A stretch of 64,000 nt of DNA. Source: Vermamoeba vermiformis. Taxonomy: Eukaryota. Shown one piece after another: positions 1 through 12,778 of this stretch (position 1 is its first letter; every line of letters begins with the position of its first letter). Location of the stretch: assembly GCA_045837725.1 (NCBI GenBank), contig JBEWZL010000191.1, positions 1 to 64,000 of the forward strand, read 5' to 3'. The notes under the pieces are model-generated. The model had not been told where the DNA came from and did no database searches. It saw only the letters and a list, made by a program, of their open reading frames with translations. Position numbers and translations under genes: made by a program.

Positions 1-97
1 GCGATATAAATAATAACCTTTTTAAGAGCGAAACTTTATCGCAAAACAGTTATTTAATACATTAGCCTGCAGTGTACAACATATAATACGCTATGCC

Positions 98-2213
98 ATG
101 TTACGAATAGCGTTAGTATTGTTGGTAAGTAATAGGGATTTGATACGAAGCTCTTCTTATTGGATCCGATAAGACTAGCAAATTACGCACTGATTTAATA
201 TTTATTTTGTTGCCAATTTTTTGATAATTAATTTAACGCAATAGCGCCTTAAAATGTTGCGATTTGATTTTTGCAATTGCCGTCAATAATTTAGGCTAAC
301 CGTCGTTTACGCAGACGCTGGCTTACCTTTGCAATGCCGATATGCGAATAGTAAAATTAATAGACCGAGCCAACGGAACTGTTTATACAAAAGGAGAAGT
401 AGCGAAAATTCTTTCTGGGATGGGACACGGTCGAGGATCAAATCTGCCTTGGGGCCGCATGTACATCATTGGCTCGCTGACAAAAATTAGAACAGTATCG
501 GGGAAATTGGAAATGGGATTACCCTCTAATGGGTGTGGCCTAACCAACTTTCAAGCCGGTGGATTCGATCCCGACAACACGATCTTAATGTTACAGTTCT
601 GGAAGGACGATTATAGGGACCCCGAATATTATGACAATAAATGCAGCATGCCAACAGCGTCCCTAGAACTACAGAAGATGGGATGGAAGGTAAGCCCGAA
701 AATTTTCCTAATTTGGCAAGTTTTCTTACTGACAGATCTTGCTTTCAGAATCTTATGTTCTCCTGCCCTGGCCACGACTGCTCTATAGTATTCAACTTAG
801 ACTATTCTATGATTAGCTATGACCGGCAATTGCAAGGCATGCAAATTTTTCTCTTTTATGAACGGGTAAGGCCTGGATGCGTTACCCGACAAACTCTTAA
901 CTTTTATTTTTTAGATATTTAACGTTACTAAGGAAATATATGAAAATTATGAGATTTACGTCACGTTAAAAGGTAACGCCGAAGAAAAAAAATTGATGCG
1001 ATCCGCTAACTTTTTGCCACAGCCGATAGCGAAGGCTTAATGACCTCCGAACCGATATACCTTGCCATATATATACTCGCAACCCTTGGTTGTTTGATAG
1101 TACTCGGGTACCTTATATTCAAATTTGTGGTCTACATGCGCAGTGCCAAGAAGACCCTTCACATGACCATCACGTACATTTGCAATCTCGTTGCAATCTG
1201 CTGTAAGTCCCTAACATTACCATATTTAGTCAATACACCCTGCACATGATCTAACGATGTCTTTGCGATTAGGTTTTATTGCCTTTTTTGTACTGCTATG
1301 GTGCTGGTTGTACACTCGTAGCGTGTTTTACATCATTTTCGGACTTTTAGCGATTGGTTTTTCGTTCTTAGGATCAGCTAATTTTTCATTAGCCATGTGG
1401 TGGTACGCACACACTTTTGAACTCTTATCACGATGCCTTTTAATACTAAAGTCATGGTTGATTAGGTCCGGCTTTTTGTTCCCTCAACACCAAAGAGGAT
1501 TTCATTCAAGAATATTAGTCGGCGTTGTTATTCCGTTCTTTGTGGTAAGAATGCAATTGGATTTATTTTTTTGGATCTGCCACGGGTGAACTGACCTCAG
1601 CTGAACATTAGGCAATTGGATTCGGCAAGTTAGCCGTTGAACGAACACAACGCGAAAGTATTATGAATACTATTCTCACTGGTCCTGGACTCTTATTGTT
1701 ATTCGTAAGCCTGGTCCCGTGACACCTGTCAACAAAAGTTTTCTAACTCAAGTTACATTACAAGGTCGTGTCCATTCATATGGTCGTTATTGGCCTCATC
1801 ATGACGCGCAAGTTCTTCTATTCAAAAGCCAATACGACCAACTTGCATATTAAAAGTTTGAAGAAATCTGATGCCAAAAAAGTACATCCGACAAAGGGAT
1901 CATTATATTAACTACAATTAATTAACAATTGATTTTTTAGATTATTATCTTGCTCACAACAACTGGAGCAGTCGTCATAGCCCTATTATACATGTCAGTC
2001 ATATTCCACTTCACGGTGAATGTGGACACGAATATCGTTAACTGGCAATATCAATGGATCATCCCCGCATTATTAGGTGCAGTGAATATATTCTTAGTGA
2101 CCTATTTGCACAACATTGATGACCCTAAGAGAGGTAATACGATCAATTCTTCGTCGATGATGGGCTACAGTTCTGGATCTGCCATGGAAAGTACTTCATC
2201 CACGACACGATAA
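98..2213 (+). CDS. Multi-exon membrane protein with an extracellular N-terminal (possibly PA-like) domain and about 7 TM helices, GPCR-like
   Basis: GT-AG-linked exons give ...CSMPTASLELQKMGW, SCFQNLMFSCPGHDCSIVFNLD, then hydrophobic segments (IYLAIYILATLGCLIVLGYLIF ... WIIPALLGAVNIFLVTYL) and a Ser/Thr-rich tail ending TAA at 2213. The 5' exon phases are not resolved, so the start is approximate. Confidence 0.6.
1720..1731. repeat. Intronic palindrome TGACACCTGTCA
   Basis: Read directly; lies in the intron starting GTAAG at about 1705. Confidence 0.6.
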
Positions 2214-2464
2214 TTGCGAATGTGAATAAACTACTGTAAATACCTGGCATATTAATATTTACTTAATATGTGAGTATTATTAGTTATTTTAAGCGGGTAA
2301 AAAAGATCCGGATCCAGATCGAGAGCCCATGTTTAACCAACTTTTTTAATACTGTATGCATTATATTGGCGATAATAATAGTACAATTCGATGTGCCCTG
2401 TCGGCCTTCGAATATTCAAGTGCATTTGACTCGTGTTTCATAGCTTGGGTCTGAGCACTATGAT

Positions 2465-5295
2465 TCAATTCTTGTTGTTGGTGTTCGATTCGAGCGAGTT
2501 GGGTCTCGGACTCAAATGAATTTTTCCGCTAGCCAATCGCTTAGGGTGCGCTAACATCTTGGCTTGATTGTGATGCGACACGGTCAATGTGCACGGCGGT
2601 TGGTCCCACGGCTCTCCGTCAATTTGGAACGGAATATTTTCATTCGTCAACCACGTGATCTTAACTTTGCTGCCCTGCGAGATTTTGACAGTACTCGCCG
2701 TGCCTGTTTTGACTTGGCCCTATTTTTAGAACACAAATGAGAATTCCAGTCAAATCTTTGCAAGAATTTTTTTCACGTACCAAATGCAGCGAGCCTTTAA
2801 TTGCAACAATTTCAAGCAATCTATCGTCAATCGCAGCAGGTTCGTAATGAGCCTATTTATGGCAAAAAAAATGAGGTTAGCATATCTCCCGATGATCTCA
2901 CGTATACTTTTGTGTACTTGCCTTGTTGCCCTTGCCACTCGAGTTCGACCACAAATCAACACCGCCCATGTAGCTCTGCAAATTCGTGCACATAACTCCT
3001 TGCACGTCATCGGGGAGCACGATCTCTTTGTCATCGACCTACAGCAACGTGAGTATTTCCAAATAAGGAAATAGTTTGGGTATAGCGAGTAGGACGCACC
3101 TCCAATTTGATCTTTTTAGGCAAGTCATCGCAGCTTCCAGCGTCAAAAATAGCATCGGCTCCAAACTTGGCGTACCACACTTTGTTAATTGTTCTGCTCT
3201 TAAATTTCTTCGGCGATTCTTCGCGCTTAGTGTGGAACGACAACGCAATCTTTGCATCAATTCCGATACTGAAATAATTGTTGATGATTTTACGCGGCTT
3301 TTCAAGCGTAAATTCTCCGCTGTTCAAATCTTTTTCGGTCATGTGCAAGATCCATCTGCGGAACAACCCGTTAAAATCATACGTTATACAAACGACACAT
3401 ATAAAATAATTGCAATGTCATTGACGCTTAATTTGGCGTTTGGTGAATGTTGCAGGAAATTTTAGCAAAGATTCGTACCTGTCCATGAGCACTATTTGAG
3501 CCCTCTCCAAGTCCTTCAAAATATCTTTCACGGGCTCGCCTTCATACCCACCGCCCCAGCCCAGTGTGCGCGACAAATCATTGGCCGTGCCAAGTGGAAG
3601 TGGCGCGACTGGCGGGACGTACGGCAACTCCAACTTGTCGAGCACATCGAGCACCCACGCGACAGTACCGTCACCTCCACATGCGAGCACTTTGAAGTTG
3701 GGCACGTCTTTGAACATCTTCAGGCTGAAATTATCGCAAAGATTAGTCTAGGGACATAACTATAAAAGGCAAAAGATTTATGCTGGTGCCTGAAAATGAC
3801 ACGTGTCATCATTAAAGCAGATGCTGCTTGATTAGTGGTTCGCGTGTCGAAGTGTCAAAAGTGTCATTTACTCACCCTGGCGCGGGACCTCCACCAGCGA
3901 GATCCAAGATCTGGTTCGGATTGATGTGCATGCAAAATCGACGAATGACACCGGGGCCTTGCTGACCACCACTCTTTTTGTTGATGAACACGACGAGTGG
4001 CGAGCTGCCAGGCGGTGCTTTAACTGACCAATCAGCAACCGTCTTGGACCCGCCCGTAATGAACCCTGTGGGCGGAATTTTCAACGCTCTTAAGCGACCC
4101 AAATCACATGGATTTTCATGAACTTTCGTGTGGCAAGAGTTGCAGAACTATAAATGGAAATTGATCTATATTTAGAATCGATCTCGTAGAATACTTGCAA
4201 AGATTAAAGTACGCACCTTCTCTTCGCACCAATAACATCTGTAGCCATATAAGCAGTTAATAGTGCTCAAATTCTTTTGACAAATTGAACAATCGCCCTT
4301 CAAGTTGCCCTCGATCCAGTAATGTCTAAACGCGAGCGGTTTGGACAAGCCAAATTTAGTAATTGGGCAGGTGTGAGGAGATTTGTCTTGGCACTTGAAA
4401 TGCGCCACGTAACGGCATTCTAAGAAATAAAATTAATAAATAATCACTTTAATATTAAAAATGAAGGCGTAAAAACAATTCAGTGAAAAGACGCGAATCC
4501 GAAAAATGTCTAGCAAATTAAACAGAATGGTACTAAATATGATATTATATAGTCAGTAATACTTACGTGAACAGGCGCTGCCTTGCTCGCCAACGACACC
4601 GACCAATAAAGTTCTGCAAACGTTACAAAACGTCGGACTCTTGAAATATCTTTTGTAGAACGTGTGTTGGGTCTCTTTATTCGCCTATAATAATTTTAAT
4701 ATTAATATAAATGCATTCTAAATTTAAAAAAGCTCCAAGGACTCACCGAATCCAGCAATTCAATGTCACCCTCGTGTTCCTTCTTCAATACTGGTTGACA
4801 GTTCTTGGGAACGTGCTGCGCGCATTTTTTATGGCATGTGAAGTGACATGCTATTTGAGAAAGAATTATGAGTCGAAATAAGAGAATTACCGGATTAAGT
4901 TCAAACTCGAAAATAAATTCTAAAAATAATACCTTTGCATTGAGCTCCTTGTTTCCATTCCAGAGCAAAAATTAAATCTGAACAATATTCGCCTAAAAAT
5001 AATAATAAGCCAAATTATTCGTAAAAATGAAATTAACGGCTGGATTTGTCTTACAAAACGTTGGTTTGTTGAAGTGCGCGTCTAAGAAGCTATGTTCATG
5101 CTCATTGTTCCAATGCACCGCACCATCATCACCTAATAACACCTTCTGGATCGCTTCATTGACCGACGTAAGCGCTATGTTCGGGATGGAAGGATTAGCG
5201 GATTTGCCGGACGAATGCAAGTCCTCTTGAGAAGATTCATCTTCAAATGAGCTCTCATCGGTGCTAGTACTAACAGAATCCTTCTCCTCGGACAT
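2465..5295 (-). CDS. Diacylglycerol kinase with three C1 domains (DGK-theta / Dictyostelium DgkA-like architecture)
   Basis: C1 motifs ([46 protein letters not shown]); catalytic [20 protein letters not shown] and PLGTANDL; accessory [10 protein letters not shown] and PFQIDGEPW. Confidence 0.93.
3797..3808. repeat. Intronic palindrome TGACACGTGTCA
   Basis: Read directly in a DGK intron; extra GTGTCA half-sites follow at about 3852-3866. Confidence 0.6.
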
Positions 5296-5795
5296 TTTCG
5301 AATCAGTTGTGTACTTCACTGGCTGATTTTTGTAATTATGAAACGCGTGCCAAGATGAGCAACACAACGCTTAGCCAACACCTCTCAACCTTATTTTTAC
5401 GCATTTAGATACCACACTATCATTGTGAACATAGTCAAATGTCAAATACTCGTGACAAAGTCCAGTTTAGCGACCCAAAGCTACATCGAGCTCGAATTCA
5501 GGATGAGCCGTTGTGTGGTGTATTTACGCATTCTAACGGTTTTATCGTAATACCAAGGTAACAGTACTCGACGAGAATTATCGTAAAATATCTCAGACAC
5601 CTTTTCAAGCCTTTTTTCGTATTTTTTACCGTTACTTGAAAATTTGATCGGTCTTTACTTGAAAACAAAAAATATTTAAGCAACAGAATGCGCCTATTGT
5701 CATATTCATTCAATCAAGTAACAACAAGAACAAGTAAGGCAAAGTAGCCTAGCTTTTCAACGCTTTCAGAAATAACACAAAGCAACACCAAGTCG

Positions 5796-6218
5796 ATGAG
5801 CCGTCGAATCTTGTCTACCTCTACCGTCGCTCTTATCGACGCTGAGGAGCCTTCTTATGGCAACACTCAAACTCAAATGTATCAATCTGCCCAACAAGTC
5901 TCTTTCAAGAGCGAGCGCGAGTTCATCCAATACATGATGCAGAATCGAGCTCAAGAAGTTCGCGAATTGTTGGCCCAGCAAATCACCTTGCAAGAATTGT
6001 TCGTCCAATTGTCTCAAATCACTCACGAGCAAGCTTATATGATCGATAACATCGAAACCAACATTGAAGTCGCCGTATCTGAAGTCAAGAAGGCCAAGAC
6101 CGAGTTTAAGAAGGCCAAGGAGTCTAAGGATAGCGAGCGTGCTTGCGCTTGCTACATGGCAAGTGCTGGTGCCGTCTTGGCTGGTATCGTCACCGTCTTG
6201 TTGGCCATCAAGTTGTAA
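5796..6218 (+). CDS. Short syntaxin-like Qa-SNARE (SNARE motif plus C-terminal TM anchor)
   Basis: LQELFVQLSQITHEQAYMIDNIETNI matches the syntaxin SNARE consensus with the zero-layer Gln; C-terminal hydrophobic anchor; intronless. Confidence 0.82.
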   Translation: MSRRILSTSTVALIDAEEPSYGNTQTQMYQSAQQVSFKSEREFIQYMMQNRAQEVRELLAQQITLQELFVQLSQITHEQAYMIDNIETNIEVAVSEVKKAKTEFKKAKESKDSERACACYMASAGAVLAGIVTVLLAIKL

Positions 6219-6543
6219 ATAGAAAAAGAATTAGCCGAGCGGATCTTCCGAACCAATTTTGACGACTTCTAACTGTAAATAACTCGACACCAATGTAAAA
6301 TAAATCGCGAAATTACACTGAAACACTAGTTTTTATTCAAAAGAGTCTTATTCCCTTAGAGCGAACCGAAATGGAATAGCAAAGCTGGATTTGACGAAGT
6401 AGGTTGCCTTCGCAAGCTACTTATTGATTGTCTTTCGACACAAATTACTTCAAATAGACGAGGCATTGAATGCTATGATAATTAAGGGTTTATTTACAAA
6501 AGTATTGACAAAAAAGCTCAGTCGAGGGAGATCGAGCTTGGGC

Positions 6544-9500
6544 TTAGCAAGCAAAGACGCTCAAGGGAGCACCTTTCATTTGCACAATGTTCTTGGCCGC
6601 AGAGTCATCGCGGTTAGAAGTGTCTTCGGACTTGCCAAAAATAGCTTCTTGAGCTTGAGCTTCACGCATGAATCCGTCCAACTTCTCGCCTTGCTTGATA
6701 AAGTTGATATACGCGCGTTGTTGATCTCGACGCTTCATGCCACGTTGCAACATGCGTTGATGCGAGATCAAATTAATACGAGCGTTTTGATAGTCACCGT
6801 GTTGAGCAATTTTAGCGCTTTCTTGCACGGCTTTCAACGCGACAATTGAAGCGTTCATGCTCACTTCGGACTCCTCGCGCTTGTTCGTGACACGTTGAGT
6901 CTTGGTAATGACGCGCAAGTAACGACCGCCATCGAGACGCGAGTAGATGATCTGAGCTTGAATAGTGACGTCGTCAGTCTTAAGTGGCACTGACGGATCC
7001 AGCGTGAAACCAAACGTCAGATCAATGTCTTCAGTGACGTTACCCATCTCACGTAAGGCCTTGTTGGAGCTCGAGTCAAGGAATTTCACTATGAAAAAGA
7101 CAACGTAAGCATTTGCACACGAATAATTTTGATAAAAGATTTGACTTACCTCCGTGAGATCCACGAACATTGACGGTGACACCAGTGCCCAAAACAGGCT
7201 TGCTCATGACCTTGGCGATTTGTTTGCTCAAGTCCAAGGGATCGACGATATCAACACTGCCAGCAGTGATATCAGCAACAGCGGCCAATTGCTCCAAGGC
7301 ACAGTCATCGCCACGAATGGTCAAGACGTTGATGGTGGTGCCGTTCTCTTTGGCCATGTTGGCAATGCGCTTGTAGAGGGCAGCGACATTCTCCTTGGCA
7401 GCACCAGTTGTGCCTTCAATAGAGCCGAAACCAACATTGGCGAGACCGTCAGTGCAGATCATAATCTTCGAGCCAGGGCGCTTAGAAGCCATACCAACTG
7501 CATAGGTCAAAGCAGGACCCAATGCAGTGCTGCCTTCGGTGTCCAATGAGTCAACACGATCAATCAACTTTTGGTGGCACTCTTTAGCAGATTTCTTGGC
7601 GCCAGGGAAGGCTTGACCGCGTTGGTAGCACATGTCGAAGTTGTTCAAGGTGCTGTTGTCAGTCAGCTTGACAGGAGCGTCGTAACCATCGCCGTAGACA
7701 GTGACGGTCTCACTGAAAGTAATCAAGACGGGGTGTTGGTTAGGGAAGTCCTTGGCCATTGATTGCAAGTGCGTGTGAACGGCAGCTTGCACGCATTGCA
7801 AACGGTTGATGCGAGTACGAGAGGGCATGCGACGTTGCAAAGCCTCAGGGAAGTTGACTTCACCAGTGACAGGAGTGTTGGTGCTCATAGAACCAGAGAT
7901 ATCAACACAGAAAATGACCATTGACTCATCGTTCTTTCTGTTTTGCTCGGAGATTTCGTGAAGGAGAGCGCTGTTGTCCATTTGCACGTTGGGCTTTTCA
8001 ATAATGAACTCAGTGTTGCTCTTCTCGGGCTTCTCGAAGTCTTCGAGTTGCACGCTGTTGGCGTGATCGCAGAACTCGCAAGTCCAGGTGTTATTGATGA
8101 CAACGCTCTTCTCGTTGAAAATGGCGCGGCAGCCCTCACAGTAGACGGCTTCACCGGTCATCAACTGTTCGGTGGGTTTGGCGAGACCAGCCATAGAAAC
8201 GCAGACGACGTTGGGGGTAGGAACTTCGTGCTTGAATGAAGTAGGGGAGCTTAACTTCAGCAGGCTTGACCTCTTCAGGCTTCTTCTCTTCAACGACAGG
8301 CTTGACTTCTTCAACGGGCTCTTCTTCGCTCTCAGACTCGCTTTCAACGTCTTCAACTTGGTTGCAGTTAGCAGGAGCGGGAGGAGCAGGCGCGTAGATT
8401 GATTTTGAGGATCCAGGCACATAGCTCGAGGAAGAGGCAGAGTAACACTTGCGGTGGACAATGGCGGGGCCGACTTCATCATAGTCTTCCTTGGTAACCC
8501 ACATATTTTGGAACGTGCTCAATGAGCCGAGGATAGAACCACCGATCCATGCAGAGTACTAATTATACTGGTTTAGTAAAAGCTAATGAAAGCAAATTAA
8601 GAGTGACTTACTTTGCGCTCAGGAGGAGCAACAACACGGATTCTGCAAGTCGAAGGAGCGAGAGCGGTCAATTCTTTTTGAATTCTGTCTGCAATGCCAG
8701 GGAACATGCTAGAACCACCGGACAAGACGATGTTGTGGTACAAGTCCTTGCGAATATCAATGTCGCACTTCATGATGGCGTTGTAAGCGAGTTCGTGAAT
8801 GCCGGCTGCTTCCATGCCCAAGAAAGAGGGCTGGAAGAGCACTTCAGCGCAGCGGAAACGCTCGTTACCAATGGTGATGACTTGGCCGTCGGGCAATTCG
8901 TAGCTCTTTTCCAATCGAGAGGACGAGTAAGCAGTTTGCATTTCTTGTTCAAAGTCCAAAGCAGTGTAGCAAAGTTTTTCCTTAATGTCACGGACAATTT
9001 CACGCTCGGCAGTCGTAGTGAAAGCGTAACCACGTTCAGTCAAAACTTTCATCAAGTAGTCGGTCAAATCACGACCGGCAATGTCGAGTCTCATAGCTGC
9101 GTGGCAAACTTCTAAGCCTTCGTAGATAGGAACGGCGTGAGTGACACCATCACCAATGTCGAGGACGAGACCAGTGGTTCTGCCTGAGGCGTAGAGCGAC
9201 AACGCTGATTGTGAGGCAGTGAAGAAGGCAGGAGCGTTGAATGACTCGAAGAGAATTTGAGTCATCTTTTCGCGGTTGGCCTTAGGGTTCCAAACATTCT
9301 CGGTCATCAAGATTGGGTGTTCTTCGGGCGCGACACGAAGCTCATTGTAGAAGGTGTGATGCCACAATTTTTCCATATCATCCCAGTTAGTAACAATGCC
9401 TACAAAGTTAGAGTTAGCTATGTCAAGTCACCTACTCAAGAAGGTCTAACGTACCGTGTTCGACGGGGTACTTGAGCGTCAAGATACCACGCTTGCTTTG

Positions 9501-10277
9501 GGCTTCATCACCGACGTAGCTGTCTTTTTGACCCATGCCGACCATGACACCAGTGTGACGAGGGCGGCCAATGAGTGAGGGGAATACAGCGCGTGGGGCA
9601 TCGTCACCAGCAAAACCAGCTTTGACGAACCACGAGCCGTTGTCGACCACGAGTGTTTGAATCTCATCGGAGAGAGAGTTAGCGCCGTACATTTGCGACA
9701 ACGATTGTTCTTGTGTAGTGAATGCCTTGTTTCCGGCAATGCGATCAAACTCTTCGTTTTGTTGCTTAGTCGCGTCCATAATCTTTTGTTGTCTGGCTTT
9801 CTGTTTCTCGACCTCTTCTTTGGTTCGTTGTTTTGAGACTGCGTCGTACTTGGCAGCCTTGCCCTTTTGATATCTTGGTTGCAAGCGGCGAGACGACGAG
9901 AAGACACCGTAGTTAGTGGCTTCAGCGTCGTTGTGGTTCATATTCGCTTGATTTTGCTTGGCTTGGCTTTGTTCTTGACCCATGCGGATCAACTCGTTCA
10001 AAAACTCTTTATCGAAGCCTTCGACGTCCTTGGCGGCATCGGCCCAAATTTTAGCTTGTTGCTGAGCTCCCGAGGACAGACCATCTTCAATTTCATCTAA
10101 GGCGAGATCCGTCAGAAATCAGATTCGAAGGAATAAGAACTTGGGCGAGTCATTCAACAATTGATGCTCGTTGTAAGAATGTAAGTATTGTTCTATAGTT
10201 CAATAGTTACCTTGATAGATCTCTTCCTCTTCGGCGGGATTCAGACCAACTAAAAATGCGGTAGTACCGAATTCCAT
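6544..10277 (-). CDS. Actin fusion protein: N-terminal extension, complete actin domain, acidic/Pro linker, Sec23/24-type Zn finger and vWA domain (CPRAS1-like body)
   Basis: Spliced actin runs from [25 protein letters not shown] to [10 protein letters not shown] with no stop, then a linker, then [10 protein letters not shown]...[24 protein letters not shown] and [10 protein letters not shown]. One +1 frameshift or a short intron near 8244-8247 is needed to join the two halves. Confidence 0.8.
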
Positions 10278-10712
10278 TGTGTATTTGCTTGTTATCAACC
10301 CTTTTGAATTTGAAAATAATTAAGGTGGCAGGAAGATATTTAAAGGACCTCTTGTGAGTCACATGGCCAGCATCTCTGCTCACCCAATTATTTGAATTTA
10401 GTGGAAATTAATTTTGAAGCTATAATTTCGCGGCATTGCTAATAAAAACGGCCACAACGAGTCTCATCGTGCCACGGTGAGCTATGGGTTGATATCGTTC
10501 GTGAATGTTGCGGAGCTGTTTGGTTTCTTCCGACGTCAAATCTGGCCTCAAGCGACCGTTATTCAATTGACTGGCAATCATTGTTTAAATTAGTGTTCGA
10601 TATGGTGCATACACAGTGTTTCATGAGCAACAGCATTGGTGGTTGCTGTGTTGTCACAAGAGGTCCGTTTGATTTTTACGATTTTTTGATCAAGAGCACG
10701 AACCTCTGTAAC

Positions 10713-12399
10713 ATGGCTGATCGCAAGCTACGACGAGTTGGCTTAGATGAAAATATATTACAGCTACTCGAGAGCAAGCATTATCGCCTATGCAAGGTGA
10801 GATCCGCAAAAACAGCCAAAATTTTTAATTCCAATAAAAATTTTAAATATTTTAGCTCAAATGTTAGCAGGATCGAGCTTGAAAATACAAGATATATATG
10901 AAAAAATTAATATAAAAATTAACAGGACGTATTGTCGAAAACAAGTTTGGAACTTTTAGCCGATCTCGACTTGCCGTACGAGCTCATTCTCGATATTCAA
11001 CAAAAAGTCAGTCAAAAAATTATGCCAGCTCATAAGACCGTACGTGCCATTATTTCACTTAGTACCAAAGTTTTAACTTTGCCGTCGTCAGATCACGAAC
11101 CTTATTAACGAACCTGCGGACGTCCTTGTCACTAATTTACCAGGACTCGATGATTATTTACGAGGAGGTTTGCCTGTTGGCTCAATTACAGAGGTAGATC
11201 CAGCTCTTTAGCGTAACTGAAATTCATTTCTAACTTTGGCGTTAGATTGTCGGTCCCGCTGGTGTCGGAAAAACACAATTTTGTCATCAAATGGTGGTAC
11301 TGGCGTTATTGCAATCGAAGTATAAGTTAGTAGCTGAAGAACAGCAGATGCAGATCGACGAAAACAATCTACCCGTGCGCCCAGACTTTGGCAAAGTATT
11401 CTACTATGATACTGAAAACTCGTTCTCAACGCAGAGGTTATACGAAATTGCTGCGGCAACGGATCCAGAATATTTTAGCAGCGAAGAAAATATGATCGAT
11501 TTCACTGAACGATGCATGATCTACAAGATCCGAAGTACTGATACTTTTTTGACTGCGTAAGTATACCCATAGTATAACATACCAGTAATTAATATCGAGG
11601 TGCAGCCTGCAAACTATAGAAGAAAAAATCATCGAGGAAAATGTCAAGTTGATTATTGTGGACTCGATAGCTTCACTCGTGCGCAAAGAGTTCGATCCGA
11701 ACAATTTAGTCAAGCGGCAGAATATTTTATCGAAGACGGCGGCCTTGCTCAAGTTCTACTCGATGGAGTTCAAAATTCCTATTTTGGTAGTCAATCAAGT
11801 CACTTCAACTGCGGGCAGTTACGTCGCACCGGCTTTAGGTCCGTTGTGGTCTCACGCGGTCAATACTCGTTTAGTATTAGAATATTATAAGGATCATCCT
11901 TATAATCTCGTTCAAGTAAGTTTTTTATCATTGTCTTGTAGGGACGTACTGACTTTTTTTAGCCGCTGGATCTGCGTCGATTAATTATCGCAAAGTCACC
12001 TGTTTCGCCAGTAGTCAAGTTCCCATACTTTATAGACAATAAGGGCATTCATATACTAGCGGCTACTGATGTAAATGATGACTCAGGTACGTATCCAGAT
12101 CTATGCTATTAGTACTTCGGCAACTAATTCGAATTACAGCGAGAGAAGAGGGCGTTAATTATGTTCGTGAAGTTGAGCCTGGTAATTATTGGTCACAAAC
12201 TATACAAGGAAAGGCTCAAGGTCACTTCGGTACGTACAAAGCAAATCCGCTTACTATGTCTTGTACAAGTTGTTGGGTGACATACTTATATGTAATATAA
12301 TTAGGTACTTCCGTGGATCACCAACATGCGTTAATTACGCGCAAACAGTTCTCGATCTACAACGTAGAACAGCCGGATCAACCAATGTCGGACATGTAA
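10713..12399 (+). CDS. RAD51B: RAD51 paralog, RAD51B-like
   Basis: LRGGLPVGSITE, Walker A GPAGVGKTQFC, YYDTENSFS, Walker B IIVDSIASLVRKEF, VVNQV, ALGPLWSHAVNTRL and IAKSP. Confidence 0.85.
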
Positions 12400-12778
12400 A
12401 TGCGCTAGGTGTTGTTGCCGTGCTATGTAAATATGAAGATGATTGTAAGTTTGATAATAATAGCAACTACAATACTATTTCCGTACGTCACGTTCGCTAG
12501 CGAATCCAATTTTCCTTTTAAGGTTAATCGCCGGACGCAACGGAATTCTTTAAATAGCATTTTTATTGCCGCGTGATAAAAGTATAATCGTATAATCGTT
12601 CCGTAGTATCCTTCGTTCTTACGAGGTTTGGATGTGGTTCTAAAAATTTTAAGAGAAAACTCGTCGAAAAAGAGCGTAAAAGAGCGATGATTTATTGCGT
12701 TTATTAATGATTCAAAAGATTTTATCATTTATTTTACAATTACACTATAAAGCAGAACAACTATTTAGTAAGGAAATA

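Noticed and set aside
2750-3759. Plus-strand ORFs overlapping DGK
   Set aside because: Antisense shadows of DGK exons with no motifs of their own.
6424-10100. Long plus-strand ORFs (6424, 7154, 7943, 8549, 9867)
   Set aside because: Antisense open frames caused by the biased codon usage of the actin-vWA gene.
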